Of a DNA stretch of 64,000 nucleotides, positions 1-9,404 are shown piece by piece. The DNA comes from an uncultured bacterium. Lineage in GTDB: Bacteria > Margulisbacteria > WOR-1 > CAVSGV01. The DNA lies in assembly GCA_963768305.1 (NCBI GenBank), contig CAVYHE010000007.1, forward strand, positions 2,115 through 66,114. Reading direction: 5' to 3'. How positions within the stretch are numbered: the first letter of the stretch is position 1; each line of letters opens with the position of its first letter. The translations under genes were made by a program, and so were the position numbers. A model generated the notes under the pieces. The model did not search any database. It was not told the DNA's origin and worked only from the letters and a program-made list of their open reading frames with translations.

Positions 1-1364
1 TAAGGATTGAAATAGCTTAGAACTACGCTAAGAGGAATTTTCATTTCCAGAACATTCCCTACGCCAATAGAAGTCGTTTCATTGGCCACATCTATTTCTG
101 TTTCGCTTCCTGAATTAGGATAATAATCCGCATATCTGCTCCATATTCCTCCTTCATATCGTGCCATTAGCCGAATCATGTTTTCCTGCCAAGTTCCCCA
201 ATCTTCATCAAACATTTTGATAACGAGCCCACCTTTATCAACATCAGTTGAGCCGTCAAAAACACTTGAATCCAGAGGCGGATTAACGAATGCTACAAGA
301 AAATATAGGTATGTACTATCCTTTGCGACTTTTACATAGTCAATGTCAGAACCGTTTACTGAAGGAAGGTCATAATTATCCCCAATTAAATCTTGCAGTT
401 TGGGAACAGAATTCCAAGTGCTTTCTTCGGTGCCATCCACAATTATCGGCGTGCCTAAAAGAGGAACGGTATATGTTTCGGCAGAGCCGATCCAATGCAC
501 AGTAGGACTCCAGGCGCTGTTATCTCCGTTGCTGTATTTTAACCTTATGCGATTATATGTTTCACGTGTGCCCATATATGATGGGGGCAATCCATTTCCA
601 TTGTCATATAATCCATCATAATTTAGGTATACATCGTTAGCCCCGGGCCCTGAACCAGGAAACGAAGGAGAATCAGAAATCTGATATTCAACTGAAGCGA
701 TATTGGTTGTATTCGCAATATAATTGACTTTTATTCTATATTTACCCTCTATTACCACAGAATCATTCGCAGGTGCAGTAATATAAATCGGTGAAGTTGA
801 AATTAAGCTAAATCTTGCGACAGCCTCTTTAGTCCCATTCATTAAAATTGTTTCTGTGCTTGACAAGCTTTCTAAAGAACCCGACCAGTTGGCAAAGGAA
901 TATCCTGTATTAGCTTCCGCAGTCAATGCTACATAAGTGCCATCTGTATATGTACCGCCCCATGGTTCGACTGTCCCAGCCCCTTCTGGAGTTACAGATA
1001 TATTTAATAGATATTGATTTGAAGTCGCTGTTCTAAAATAGGCTTTAACACTTTTATTGGCTGTCATAGTAACCTGCGTGGGACTTGTATCACCAGTTGC
1101 ATCGCCTTCCCAACTGCTAAATACATGACCACCTAAACCTGTAGCGGTTAATTCTACAGTTATGCCACTAGCATATGTTCTACCTATTGGATTTGTTTCA
1201 ACTGAGCCCCAGCCTTCGGGAGTGATAGTAACCGAAAGGTTATATGTTGTGGTTGAACTGCCAGAACCTCCACTGGTTGGATTAGTTCCGCAACCGAAAA
1301 TAAAGATCAAGCCAGATATGCAGAAAGAAACGATCAGAACATAATACAGCCTCACATTTTTCAT
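1..1364 (-). CDS. exported lipoprotein with two InlB-B-repeat-like domains (3' end beyond window)
   Basis: My own minus-strand translation from ATG 1364..1362 (GGAGG at 1376..1372) is stop-free to base 1. It begins MKNVRLYYVLIVSFCISGLIFIFGCGTNPTSGG (signal peptide plus lipobox-like FGC). Two ~70-aa repeats follow: YNLSVTITPEGWGSVETNP...FSSWEGD and YLLNISVTPEGAGTVEPWG...FANWSGS. It is missing from the ORF track because its stop lies outside the window. Confidence 0.7.
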   Translation of the reverse strand, partial: MKNVRLYYVLIVSFCISGLIFIFGCGTNPTSGGSGSSTTTYNLSVTITPEGWGSVETNPIGRTYASGITVELTATGLGGHVFSSWEGDATGDTSPTQVTMTANKSVKAYFRTATSNQYLLNISVTPEGAGTVEPWGGTYTDGTYVALTAEANTGYSFANWSGSLESLSSTETILMNGTKEAVARFSLISTSPIYITAPANDSVVIEGKYRIKVNYIANTTNIASVEYQISDSPSFPGSGPGANDVYLNYDGLYDNGNGLPPSYMGTRETYNRIRLKYSNGDNSAWSPTVHWIGSAETYTVPLLGTPIIVDGTEESTWNSVPKLQDLIGDNYDLPSVNGSDIDYVKVAKDSTYLYFLVAFVNPPLDSSVFDGSTDVDKGGLVIKMFDEDWGTWQENMIRLMARYEGGIWSRYADYYPNSGSETEIDVANETTSIGVGNVLEMKIPLSVVLSYFNP

Positions 1365-1429
1365 GATAATGCCTCCTTGGGAAAAGGATACTATCGGTTG
1401 TGGAGTAATTATATACCACAGATACAATA

Positions 1430-1693
1430 TTGAACACCTTGAAAGCAAATTCTGAGTACAAACCTAATAAGCCTCTATTAGCGGCCTTCTCGCAGGAGAT
1501 AAAGAGGATTCGTAAGTCAAAAGGCCTAACTATCGAGGCATTTGCCGATCTTTGCGGGCTCCACAGCAAGTACATCCAGACCATCGAAAGAAATCACAGG
1601 AACATCTCTATATCCGTCTTTATTCAAATAGCCAAGGGCTTGAATGTGTCCCCTGTAAAGCTGCTTAGCAAGATACTAAAAGCGGCTAAATAA
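1430..1693 (+). CDS. XRE/Cro-C1-type HTH transcriptional regulator
   Basis: 87-aa ORF with a TTG start. LTIEAFADLCGLHSKYIQTIERNHRNISISVFIQIAKGL is a classical HTH_3 pattern. The gene is divergent from the lipoprotein gene. Confidence 0.8.
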   Translation: MNTLKANSEYKPNKPLLAAFSQEIKRIRKSKGLTIEAFADLCGLHSKYIQTIERNHRNISISVFIQIAKGLNVSPVKLLSKILKAAK

Positions 1694-1712
1694 GACCTAT
1701 ACCTTTTATATT

Positions 1713-1895
1713 GGGTTACCGGGTTACTGGGTTACTCTGTATTGAAATTTAGTTTCCAGATTAACAAATATTTCGCAGTAACCCAGAAATGCGAAAGTAA
1801 CCGAGAGGTTCTTGAGTAGGAACAGTTGGTTACCATAATATTTATTATTATTACAACAAATATTGCTTGTTCGGTAACCAAGGAACCCAGTAACC
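1713..1895. repeat. field of eight GGTTAC/GTAACC hexamers (iteron- or operator-like)
   Basis: Three direct GGGTTAC copies with 8-bp phasing sit at 1713, 1721 and 1729. Inverted or direct copies sit at 1778-1784, 1797-1803, 1828-1834, 1873-1879 and 1889-1895. All lie in the 214-bp gap between the convergent XRE and PriCT/P-loop genes. Confidence 0.7.
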
Positions 1896-1907
1896 ACCAT
1901 AAAAGGG

Positions 1908-3830
1908 TCAAGGTTTAAAAGTTTCATCTAGCATTTGACGTGTAGCTTTGGTTTCATCTGAGATTATTTCATCTGGGATCGCTTCTTTTGAGCTTTTTTC
2001 ATTTGAATCCTTATCATCCGAATTCACTTGACCAAAGAACTCATTTATAGGGATCAGCGGCTCATATTTGATGCCAAGAGCTTTAAGCCGGGATTTAATT
2101 CGTTCTGGATCAAGATAATATGCCCTGACATTCCTCCTTTCAAATTTTTTCACCTTAGCCCTTTCATTGATAGCCCCGGCTTTTCTTAATTCATTTCCAA
2201 GCCACCTTGATTTATATTGCTTCTTTTCATCCGAAAGCCATTTAAACGTTTCTTCGCCGGATGACGCAAGATGTGAAATTATATCCGTGGCTGTATACCA
2301 GTTCTTCTCAGAATTGGTATTTAGAGCATTCGTTACACCATCTTCTGCAAGCATATCCAAAAGCAATTGAAGTATCTTAGGCGCAGTCATATCTTCGATG
2401 AAGATTTCTTTTTTCTGCTTCTGTACTTCAAGAGCAATTCCCCTTATATTATCGCTAATAGATTCCCCTTGGATGTCTATTATCTTTGCGATTGTAAAAA
2501 TAGATTTCCATATCTCCCATTCTCGGCCGACAATTTCACTGTCTGTTATTACCTGATAAATCTTCTCGACCTCTTTATAGTCCGACATCATGATCAAATA
2601 AAGCTCGTCCCTCAACCTTTGATATATCGGGTCTTGGGTTTTGACATCTTTATTTTTTATCGCATCATTATCAGACATCATCATCGTTATCGGGATACAC
2701 CTTGAAGCAAGTGTTGCGTCAATAGCTTTGATCCCAGCGAATATCTTTGGCGAATAGGCTTCGAGTTTTACCGGCTTCCATCCGTCCTCATTTTTCATTG
2801 GTTCCATCTTGCATACTTTCACCCCTTTTTTATAACCCGAATTGTACATTGAGATCAGCGTTTGCCTATCTTGATCCATGCCTGGCTTGATCTTTTCTGC
2901 CTCGTCGATACAACAGGTACTATGATTGGCATGGATATTACCAGTAATATATGCAATAGATGAATTAACCGTATGCTCGGCATTAAACGCAAGGGCGGAC
3001 ATTATCATTAATGTTTTGGTTTTCCCGCTGCTCATGTTCCCGCTCAAATGCAAATAAGGATACGCCTCGAACATACGATGGAAGTATGTCCCTATTATCC
3101 AGCAAGCAAAAACCGAGTTCCATTTCTTATCCCCAAGATCGATATGCCCGCCTATTAATTCTGTTATCTCCTTATATGTCCTAACTATATTGCTCTTTGC
3201 ATTGCCCCGTAAAAAGCTTTCCATGCTATTGATTGACCATCTAGGCTCAACATTCGGCCATCGGTAAGTGTAAAATTTTTCGGAAAGCAAATTCGCCGAT
3301 GTTAGTTTAATCTTTTTCCGATCAGACGATATCAGAAAATAATTCGTACTTGGCTTGCCTCCAGCACCCAATAAAGTCAATGGCACAGTTGTGTATGCTT
3401 TGCCTAGCTTGAAATCTTGAGCCGGCGTTATTTCGTGTAAATCCCGCATTACATTTTCCATGCCTTGATTTTCTATAAAAGCACAGTTTAAATCGCAGAA
3501 TTTTTTCACTATTGCGTCATCGCAATCGATCTGCAGCGATCCTTTTAAGGATTCCTTGACTATCCCCCCTATATGTTTTTCTGAAAGAGGAGGTTTATTC
3601 TTTTTATTCCAGGCAATCAAAAGATCATATATTGCCTTTTTGGGTAATGCCTTACTTTGGAAATATTTAGCTAGCTCAGAGGCTGCCTTATCCCTAACAG
3701 TGGCGGCAACACCTTCGTACATTTTCTTAATGCAAGGTGACATTTCACCATTTGGGGATAATATTACCTTTCTTTCCTGTTTGACCTTTTTATCGTCCTT
3801 CAGTGCCATTTTCTTTGCTTTATCAATCAT
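1908..3830 (-). CDS. mobile-element replication-type protein (PriCT-like N-terminus plus DUF3631-like P-loop NTPase)
   Basis: 640 aa. AIYDLLIAWNKKNKPPLSEKHIGGIVKESL resembles the primase C-terminal (PriCT-1) motif. Walker A is GNMSSGKT and Walker B-like is CCIDEAEK. IFAGIKAIDATLASRCIPITM resembles DUF3631. The gene is adjacent to the integrase. Confidence 0.7.
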   Translation of the reverse strand: MIDKAKKMALKDDKKVKQERKVILSPNGEMSPCIKKMYEGVAATVRDKAASELAKYFQSKALPKKAIYDLLIAWNKKNKPPLSEKHIGGIVKESLKGSLQIDCDDAIVKKFCDLNCAFIENQGMENVMRDLHEITPAQDFKLGKAYTTVPLTLLGAGGKPSTNYFLISSDRKKIKLTSANLLSEKFYTYRWPNVEPRWSINSMESFLRGNAKSNIVRTYKEITELIGGHIDLGDKKWNSVFACWIIGTYFHRMFEAYPYLHLSGNMSSGKTKTLMIMSALAFNAEHTVNSSIAYITGNIHANHSTCCIDEAEKIKPGMDQDRQTLISMYNSGYKKGVKVCKMEPMKNEDGWKPVKLEAYSPKIFAGIKAIDATLASRCIPITMMMSDNDAIKNKDVKTQDPIYQRLRDELYLIMMSDYKEVEKIYQVITDSEIVGREWEIWKSIFTIAKIIDIQGESISDNIRGIALEVQKQKKEIFIEDMTAPKILQLLLDMLAEDGVTNALNTNSEKNWYTATDIISHLASSGEETFKWLSDEKKQYKSRWLGNELRKAGAINERAKVKKFERRNVRAYYLDPERIKSRLKALGIKYEPLIPINEFFGQVNSDDKDSNEKSSKEAIPDEIISDETKATRQMLDETFKP

Positions 3831-3967
3831 TGCATTTTCCTCCTTATTAAATTTTCATACGATACGGAATCTTGAAAGCGCCGCCATATAGAAGTTTTCG
3901 GCTTAATTGACGGCACCCCCAATTTTTAATGTGCCTAAAATATCTGTCAAATTATTCACCTCCCTTT

Positions 3968-5002
3968 TTAAAATTTTAACAACTCGATGTTTTTACGCAG
4001 GTATTCCTGCGATAAATGCGCATACCTCTGGACCATTAACAGGGTCGAATGACCCAATATGTCCTTCAGCGAATATAGGTCACCACCGGCCATAACGTAA
4101 TTTGATGCAAAGGTATGCCTTAAAAGATGCGGGTAAATGTGTCTCGTAATCCCTGCCTTTTTTGCCGCTCTCCAGAGAGCCCTGCGAATTTCCTTGCGCA
4201 TGCCTCCTGCATTATTCGGAAATGCGTATTCACCTTTGGTTTTCATCGTCTGCTCCAAATAGGGCATTAATGACGTGCTAATAGGGACATGCCTGATCCT
4301 TCCGCTTTTGGTCCTGTTCGTCAGAGCACTGCCAATTTCGACCTTTATAAGTTTGTTCGCCATATCAATATGAGATTTTTTCAGATTTAGAAGTTCACCA
4401 AGCCTGAGTCCGCTATAAACCGCTGTCGCAAATAACGGGAGATATTCAGGTTCTGTTGCCTGTAGCAAAACTGATACTTCCTTTTTGGTCAGATATTCAA
4501 TCGGTTTGGCTTGAATTGATAGTTTCTTAACCCGTCGCAGGGGAAGTTTGGTCAGATAATTCCAATCCACTGCGCTGTTAAGCATTTTTGATAAAATTTC
4601 AAGCTCTCGATTTATCGTGTTATTGGCAGGCGGAGTACCTTTGTAAGTATTCTGGGCCCTCCTATGCAGAATATATTGATTAACTTTCTCTTCGTTGATG
4701 GTCTTTAAATATGTTCCTGCAAAATACGGTATCAAGTGCTGATTGACCACTCCTACATCTCGGATATGTGATGATAGTGCCTTATTGACTTTGGAATAAT
4801 TTTCCAGCCATTTCAAGGAGAACACTTCAAAAGAGATTTTCTTATTTTCAACAATGTCCAGTTCACCTTTTGCCTTATTGACACGCATCTGGCTCAAAAA
4901 TAATTCAGCTTGCTTCCTTGTCGGGAAAGACCTCCAGCGCTGCTTGCCGCCGTAATAAAATATCGCATAATAGGACCGGCCTCTTCTTTTAATAGCCATC
5001 AA
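3968..5002 (-). CDS. tyrosine recombinase / phage-type integrase
   Basis: 344 aa. The catalytic pattern is present: GLRLGEL (Arg), HLLRHTFAS (His-x-x-Arg), LGHSTLLMVQRYAH (His...Tyr). It sits next to the 3' end of a tRNA. Confidence 0.9.
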   Translation of the reverse strand: MMAIKRRGRSYYAIFYYGGKQRWRSFPTRKQAELFLSQMRVNKAKGELDIVENKKISFEVFSLKWLENYSKVNKALSSHIRDVGVVNQHLIPYFAGTYLKTINEEKVNQYILHRRAQNTYKGTPPANNTINRELEILSKMLNSAVDWNYLTKLPLRRVKKLSIQAKPIEYLTKKEVSVLLQATEPEYLPLFATAVYSGLRLGELLNLKKSHIDMANKLIKVEIGSALTNRTKSGRIRHVPISTSLMPYLEQTMKTKGEYAFPNNAGGMRKEIRRALWRAAKKAGITRHIYPHLLRHTFASNYVMAGGDLYSLKDILGHSTLLMVQRYAHLSQEYLRKNIELLKF

Positions 5003-5214
5003 TAGAAATCCTGAAGCTTCCTTTCCACTTCCTGCGGGACAATGTCACTGCTTCGACCACTTTTGATCCACTGCTCAATGTCAGTTGCCTTATACCGAAC
5101 AAGCCTGCCAAGCTTCACATATGGGATCCGTTTCTGTGAACGCAGATTCCGTATGTAAGACTCCCGTACTTTTAACATCTTGCATAGTTCTTCAGTCGTT
5201 AATAGTTCTTCCAT
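4999..5214 (-). CDS. excisionase-family HTH DNA-binding protein
   Basis: 71 aa. LLTTEELCKMLKVRESYIRNLRSQKRIPYVKLGRLVRYKATDIEQWI matches the excisionase/MerR-like HTH pattern. It overlaps the integrase start by 4 nt. Confidence 0.8.
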   Translation of the reverse strand: MEELLTTEELCKMLKVRESYIRNLRSQKRIPYVKLGRLVRYKATDIEQWIKSGRSSDIVPQEVERKLQDFY

Positions 5215-5306
5215 TTTTTCTTTCCATATTTATCGCTTTACCCCTGGGCACCGGCCCAAAATAGTGCATCTCCATACTATCTGAGCCGATGCCTTTATAA
5301 CCTGTA

Positions 5307-5573
5307 CTACTCGCTTGATTTAACAACCATGGATCCATTTGGCTCTATCATTAGATCAAACCTTAAATCTGTTTTCACTTTTTTCAGAAAATGACAAAAG
5401 CGTTTATAATCCTTCTGGTTCAAAATCATTTGCCAAGTGAACTTTTCGTATTTTACATTAGATTTTTTAGGCACCGTTTTCACCTCCTCGTTATTGACAT
5501 TTACGCCGAGCTTGCTAAAATTCAAATGGCACAGCGTCCAGCTCCAAAGAAAAAGCGTTGCCTTAACAAGCAA
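5307..5573 (-). CDS. hypothetical protein (element-borne, weak call)
   Basis: It is the only sizeable ORF between the excisionase and the tRNA. No recognisable motifs and the start is uncertain. Confidence 0.25.
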   Translation of the reverse strand: MLVKATLFLWSWTLCHLNFSKLGVNVNNEEVKTVPKKSNVKYEKFTWQMILNQKDYKRFCHFLKKVKTDLRFDLMIEPNGSMVVKSSE

Positions 5574-5784
5574 GGCTGTTTAAGAACTTTGACGAGTTTC
5601 TAAAACCTACCGGACTGGATCTGTGCTTTTTTTACCTACATTTGCCTACATATTCAACATAATACATTCTAAGGATTTTGTCCATTATTTAAAACCAAGT
5701 GTTGAATAAAACGGTATCTGCATTATAGTAATATACTTTGGGTTATTCGTGAACGAGAATATTAGCAAAATATTAGCAAGCAAC

Positions 5785-5826
5785 AAAAAAGGCCTTTAAG
5801 ATCGATTTCTTAAAAGCCTTATTTTT
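5785..5826 (-). terminator. hairpin plus U-run downstream of tRNA-fMet
   Basis: The minus strand reads AAGGCTTTTAAGAAATCGATCTTAAAGGCCTTTTTTG. This is an 11/12-bp stem followed by a T-run. Confidence 0.5.
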
Positions 5827-5853
5827 TACCGCCACTGCGGATAATATTTAAAC

Positions 5854-5927
<74 letters not shown>

Positions 5928-5954
5928 ATATAGCTTTGCTGTAATTTACGTTTA

Positions 5955-6067
5955 TTGAGGGGTTTCACCCCTCAACGGCCCTTCGGACCTACTCCCCATA
6001 AAGTTTACAGCTTAACTTCTTGACTAAAGTGATCCTCACCGCCCCGATTTCATCGGGGCTACTCCCC
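5955..6067 (-). repeat. two copies of a GGGGAGUAG-plus-hairpin motif upstream of tRNA-fMet
   Basis: Minus-strand GGGGAGTAG occurs at 6067..6059, followed by the hairpin CCCCGATGAAATCGGGG. It occurs again at 5997..5989, followed by GTCCGAAGGGCC and the hairpin TTGAGGGG-TGAAA-CCCCTCAA. A third copy is at 34527-34562. Confidence 0.6.
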
Positions 6068-6154
6068 ATCTACCTTACTACTCGAAAACAAAGACGTTGA
6101 CTTTAGTTCCAGGCTGCCTGTCCTGAACGATGTGAAGGTACATTATATTACACT

Positions 6155-7675
6155 TTACTTAAAAGAGCAAAACCTTAGCAGACCCCTGCCTTTCATGGAC
6201 CGAAGGAACCTGTCCTTGTTTGAATAGTCATCCTTTAGGTTGGGGACCCTGTTCCGCTTAAGATACCCGATATCCGTTCTGATGAACTTGCCGGATTCCT
6301 TGTCAAATAAGTATTGCCGGACATTCCCTTTCAACATTCCGGGTGGAACGTCCCATATGTACTGATAATCATTTTTATACCCTATTATGGTCCTGTCCGT
6401 CCTGTAGAAAGGCTCCTCCAGGAACGGCATGCCGATATAGCATCCGTTATAATTGTCCGGAATGTTCCAGAAGAATATTTTCGTTCCCTTCGGAGAGCCT
6501 TCGGCGATCCTTATCGCCTCTTTCCTTATCGTTTTTGTCATTTCCGACGCTTTGATCCAGTCTCTGTGGGTCAACTGAAGGAAATAAATACTGTAAACCA
6601 TGAACAGGGCATAGAGAGTGATCGAAATTATCCTTGCCTTTTTGCTGAATTTTTCCGAGCCGATGAAAGGGATATACGACAATAACCATGATATCCCTGC
6701 AGAAGGCAGGTACCACCACCTGGCTCCCCGAAAATCGAATCCCATGGAAAGCAAATGCCATGCGGGAAGCAGCGCGATGAAGATCCAGGCAATCGAAAAA
6801 TAAAAGAAATAGCGCGGCCTGTACTTCCTGGAGAAATAAACAAATGATGCTATGAAAAGCAGCACCGTTACCGGCAGCAGGATAAAATAAAGAATGAGAT
6901 TGTCCTGGACGAATGGAAGGAATATCAACTGGAAGGTCTTGAACGGGCCCGCTATCATGTGAATTAAATAATGTATCATCCCGATTTTGTAGCCACCCAT
7001 TATAGTGCCCAGTGATATATACCGCAGAATAAAATACGGGACAAGCAAGGCCAGATAGGTAAAGAAGGGCCACATCTTCCGCTCATTTTTTTTCTGAAAT
7101 AGCTCGTAAGCCAGGACCATGAACGGGAAAGACAGCGCGCTTTCCTTCGAGAGCAATGAAAATATGAAAGAAATGACCGAAAAAACAAAAAATATCCGGC
7201 TTCCTTTTTTTCTGGACCGCAGATAGAAAAGGAAAGCCGTCAAATAAAAAAGCGATGCGAGCAGATCGCATCTGTCGGCAATAAAGTTAACGGCTTCCGC
7301 GGTCACGGGCAAGACAGAGAACAATAAGGCGGAAGATAAGGCGAATATGTAATTTTCCGCCGCTGAATACGCTATAAGGAAAACCATAAAAGCGCACAGT
7401 CCGTGAAAGGCAAGGTTTGCAAGATGGTACCCGAAAGGATCCACGCCGCCGATAAGGTAATTCAACCTCGCCGACAGAATGATAAGCGGCCGGTAAAAGC
7501 CGCTTTTACCCGGAATCCCCGTCCAATCCCCCACCATGTACCTGGCAGGTTGCATGAGACTGGATTGTATGATCATGTAATCGTCGTGGTACAGGAAGTT
7601 CAGCTTTAACGCGGGCGAATAGAAGAGCGCTATGAAAATGATTATTGCGGATATCGCGATGATCGTCTTTTTCAT
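6155..7675 (-). CDS. polytopic GT-C-type membrane glycosyltransferase (PMT/ArnT/DUF1736-like)
   Basis: 506 aa with many TM segments. The N-terminus FLYHDDY...FYRPL...GYHLANLAFHGLCAFMVFL resembles bacterial PMT_2/TMTC-like transferases. Confidence 0.65.
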   Translation of the reverse strand: MKKTIIAISAIIIFIALFYSPALKLNFLYHDDYMIIQSSLMQPARYMVGDWTGIPGKSGFYRPLIILSARLNYLIGGVDPFGYHLANLAFHGLCAFMVFLIAYSAAENYIFALSSALLFSVLPVTAEAVNFIADRCDLLASLFYLTAFLFYLRSRKKGSRIFFVFSVISFIFSLLSKESALSFPFMVLAYELFQKKNERKMWPFFTYLALLVPYFILRYISLGTIMGGYKIGMIHYLIHMIAGPFKTFQLIFLPFVQDNLILYFILLPVTVLLFIASFVYFSRKYRPRYFFYFSIAWIFIALLPAWHLLSMGFDFRGARWWYLPSAGISWLLSYIPFIGSEKFSKKARIISITLYALFMVYSIYFLQLTHRDWIKASEMTKTIRKEAIRIAEGSPKGTKIFFWNIPDNYNGCYIGMPFLEEPFYRTDRTIIGYKNDYQYIWDVPPGMLKGNVRQYLFDKESGKFIRTDIGYLKRNRVPNLKDDYSNKDRFLRSMKGRGLLRFCSFK

Positions 7676-8382
7676 TGTTGCCGCCCTAGCGGTTTTTTAC
7701 CGATAAGATAGAAATACCAGTGAAGGTATTTCGGCAGCCATTTTGAGAACCTGAATCGGGAGGGCCTTTCCCCTCTTTCCTTCCACACGACCGGCACTTC
7801 CGCTATCTTAAAGCCTTTCAGGAAAGCTTTCGCCAGTATCTCCATCCCCAGCTCGAACCCGCCCGTGCTTTCGATCGTGAAGGAATCCAGGACCCTGCGC
7901 GAGTAAACCTTAAAGCTGTTGCTTGTGTCATGGGTAGGGATGCCTGTCATCAAATGAAGGCTTTGTCCGGCCATGCGTGACAGGAAGGATTTGATCTTCG
8001 GTGCCCCGATCTGCGCTCCACCTTTCATGTATCGTGAGCCGCAAACGACATCATATCCCTCTTCCGCTTTATCGATCATGTCGTTTATAAATTGTGGATC
8101 TTCTGATAGGTCCGCCATGAAAACCACCGCAAGATATTCTTTCGTTCCTTCGAATCCGGTTTTGATCGCGTTCAGAACACCGACGCCGTGCTTATTCTTC
8201 ATTAACACAATCCTTGCATCATTCAGGCTCCTGATATAAGGCAGGCTCGTATCCTCTTCCATATCATAAATGAAGTATGCGCGGTATTGGCCTTTCACCT
8301 TTTCCAGTATCTGCTGCGCTGTTTCAAGGATGAGCCTGCCTTCATTATATACGGGGATTATTATCGCGAAATTTGTTCCCAC
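7672..8382 (-). CDS. GT2 polyprenol-phosphate glycosyltransferase (Dpm1/ArnC-like)
   Basis: 236 aa. Motifs seen: IIIPVYNEG, FMADLSEDPQ, DVVCGSRY. It overlaps the downstream GT-C gene by 4 nt. Confidence 0.85.
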   Translation of the reverse strand: MGTNFAIIIPVYNEGRLILETAQQILEKVKGQYRAYFIYDMEEDTSLPYIRSLNDARIVLMKNKHGVGVLNAIKTGFEGTKEYLAVVFMADLSEDPQFINDMIDKAEEGYDVVCGSRYMKGGAQIGAPKIKSFLSRMAGQSLHLMTGIPTHDTSNSFKVYSRRVLDSFTIESTGGFELGMEILAKAFLKGFKIAEVPVVWKERGERPSRFRFSKWLPKYLHWYFYLIGKKPLGRQQ

Positions 8383-8383
8383 G

Positions 8384-9404
8384 CTATATACCGCCGATCT
8401 TTATCTGTTCCTTTATCCACGGCATTATCTCGTCCAGCGCGTCGGAAAGCGAGGTCTTTGCTTCAAAGTCCAGCAGTTCCTTTGCCTTGGAAACATCCGG
8501 CACCCTTTTCTGGACGTCATACTTAAAAGGCTTGTCAGAGACGAATTTGAAAGGCTTGTCGGGATACGCCTTCTTCCATATCAGCTTTGCAAGCTGGATG
8601 ACAGTGGTGGATTCTTTTGTCGAAAGATTAAAATCCTCATTGACCGCCTTTTTGCTCTCTATGCACAGCCTTATGCCCTTTGCCAGGTCCCCGCCGTACG
8701 TATAATGCCTTATCTGGCCGCCTTTGCCGAGTATGTGAAGCGGATATTGCCCCTTCAGGACCTTTTGCGCAAGGTCCGGCACAACATGGCTCATCGCAAG
8801 TTTTATGTTGCCCGAATGGTATCTCCTTGTCGCATAACGCCCTCTTCTCTCCTATGCCTATGCAGTTAAAAGGCCTTATGATGGTATAAGGCAGTTCATA
8901 CTGCTCCCACGCACCTTTCGCGAAATATTCGCACGCAAGTTTTTGAAAACCGTAAGTTGAAAGAGGCGGCGGACTCTTTAGCTGCTCGCCTTCCGGGGTG
9001 GGGAATTTCTTCGCGCTTTCAAAGACCATGGAGGAGGAAAGAACGTTTATCTTTTTCAACTTTCTATGCTTGAACGCCCATATCGCCGCGTCAAAGGTTG
9101 ACGCGATTATCCTTTCGTTCTCCGCGATAAGATCGTAAGCGTATTCATGGAACAATGATATACCGCCTATCATCGCGGCGGCCGCCACCGCCTGATCGCA
9201 GTCCGAAATAAGCTCTTTCATGAGGCCGATATTTTTCGCGTCGCCTTTTACAAAAGTATAATTCTTGTGGCCTTCATATGATCTCCTTGTTCTTCCGTAC
9301 TTGCTTAAATTATCTAGGCCTGTCACTTTATATCCCGCATTGAGCAATTCTTCAACAAGATAGCCGCAAATGAATCCCTGGGAACCCGAGACGAATATTT
9401 TCAT
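8384..9404 (-). pseudogene. NAD-dependent nucleotide-sugar epimerase/dehydratase, one frameshift in this assembly
   Basis: The N-terminal fragment 8637..9404 reads MKIFVSGSQGFICGYLVEEL...YTIIRPFNCIGIGEKRA. The C-terminal fragment 8384..8794 reads MSHVVPDLAQKVLKGQ...HYTYGGDLA. The frames join near 8815-8825 (..DKEI / SGNIKLAMSHVV). Confidence 0.8.

Larger units (their letters stand above)
1430..5853. mobile_element. tRNA-fMet-associated integrative element (left boundary not defined)
   Basis: Integrase and excisionase lie directly downstream of the tRNA 3' end, together with a replication-type protein, an XRE regulator and the hexamer field. The region is visibly more AT-rich than its flanks. 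I could not find a second copy of the tRNA 3' end. Confidence 0.55.

Noticed and set aside
5947-6070. Mini-ORFs starting at the ATG of ATGGGGAGTAG (26 and 15 codons).
   Set aside because: They have no RBS. The similarity between copies is at the nucleotide and hairpin level, and one copy has TTG in place of ATG. They are more consistent with an RNA or DNA motif than with peptides.
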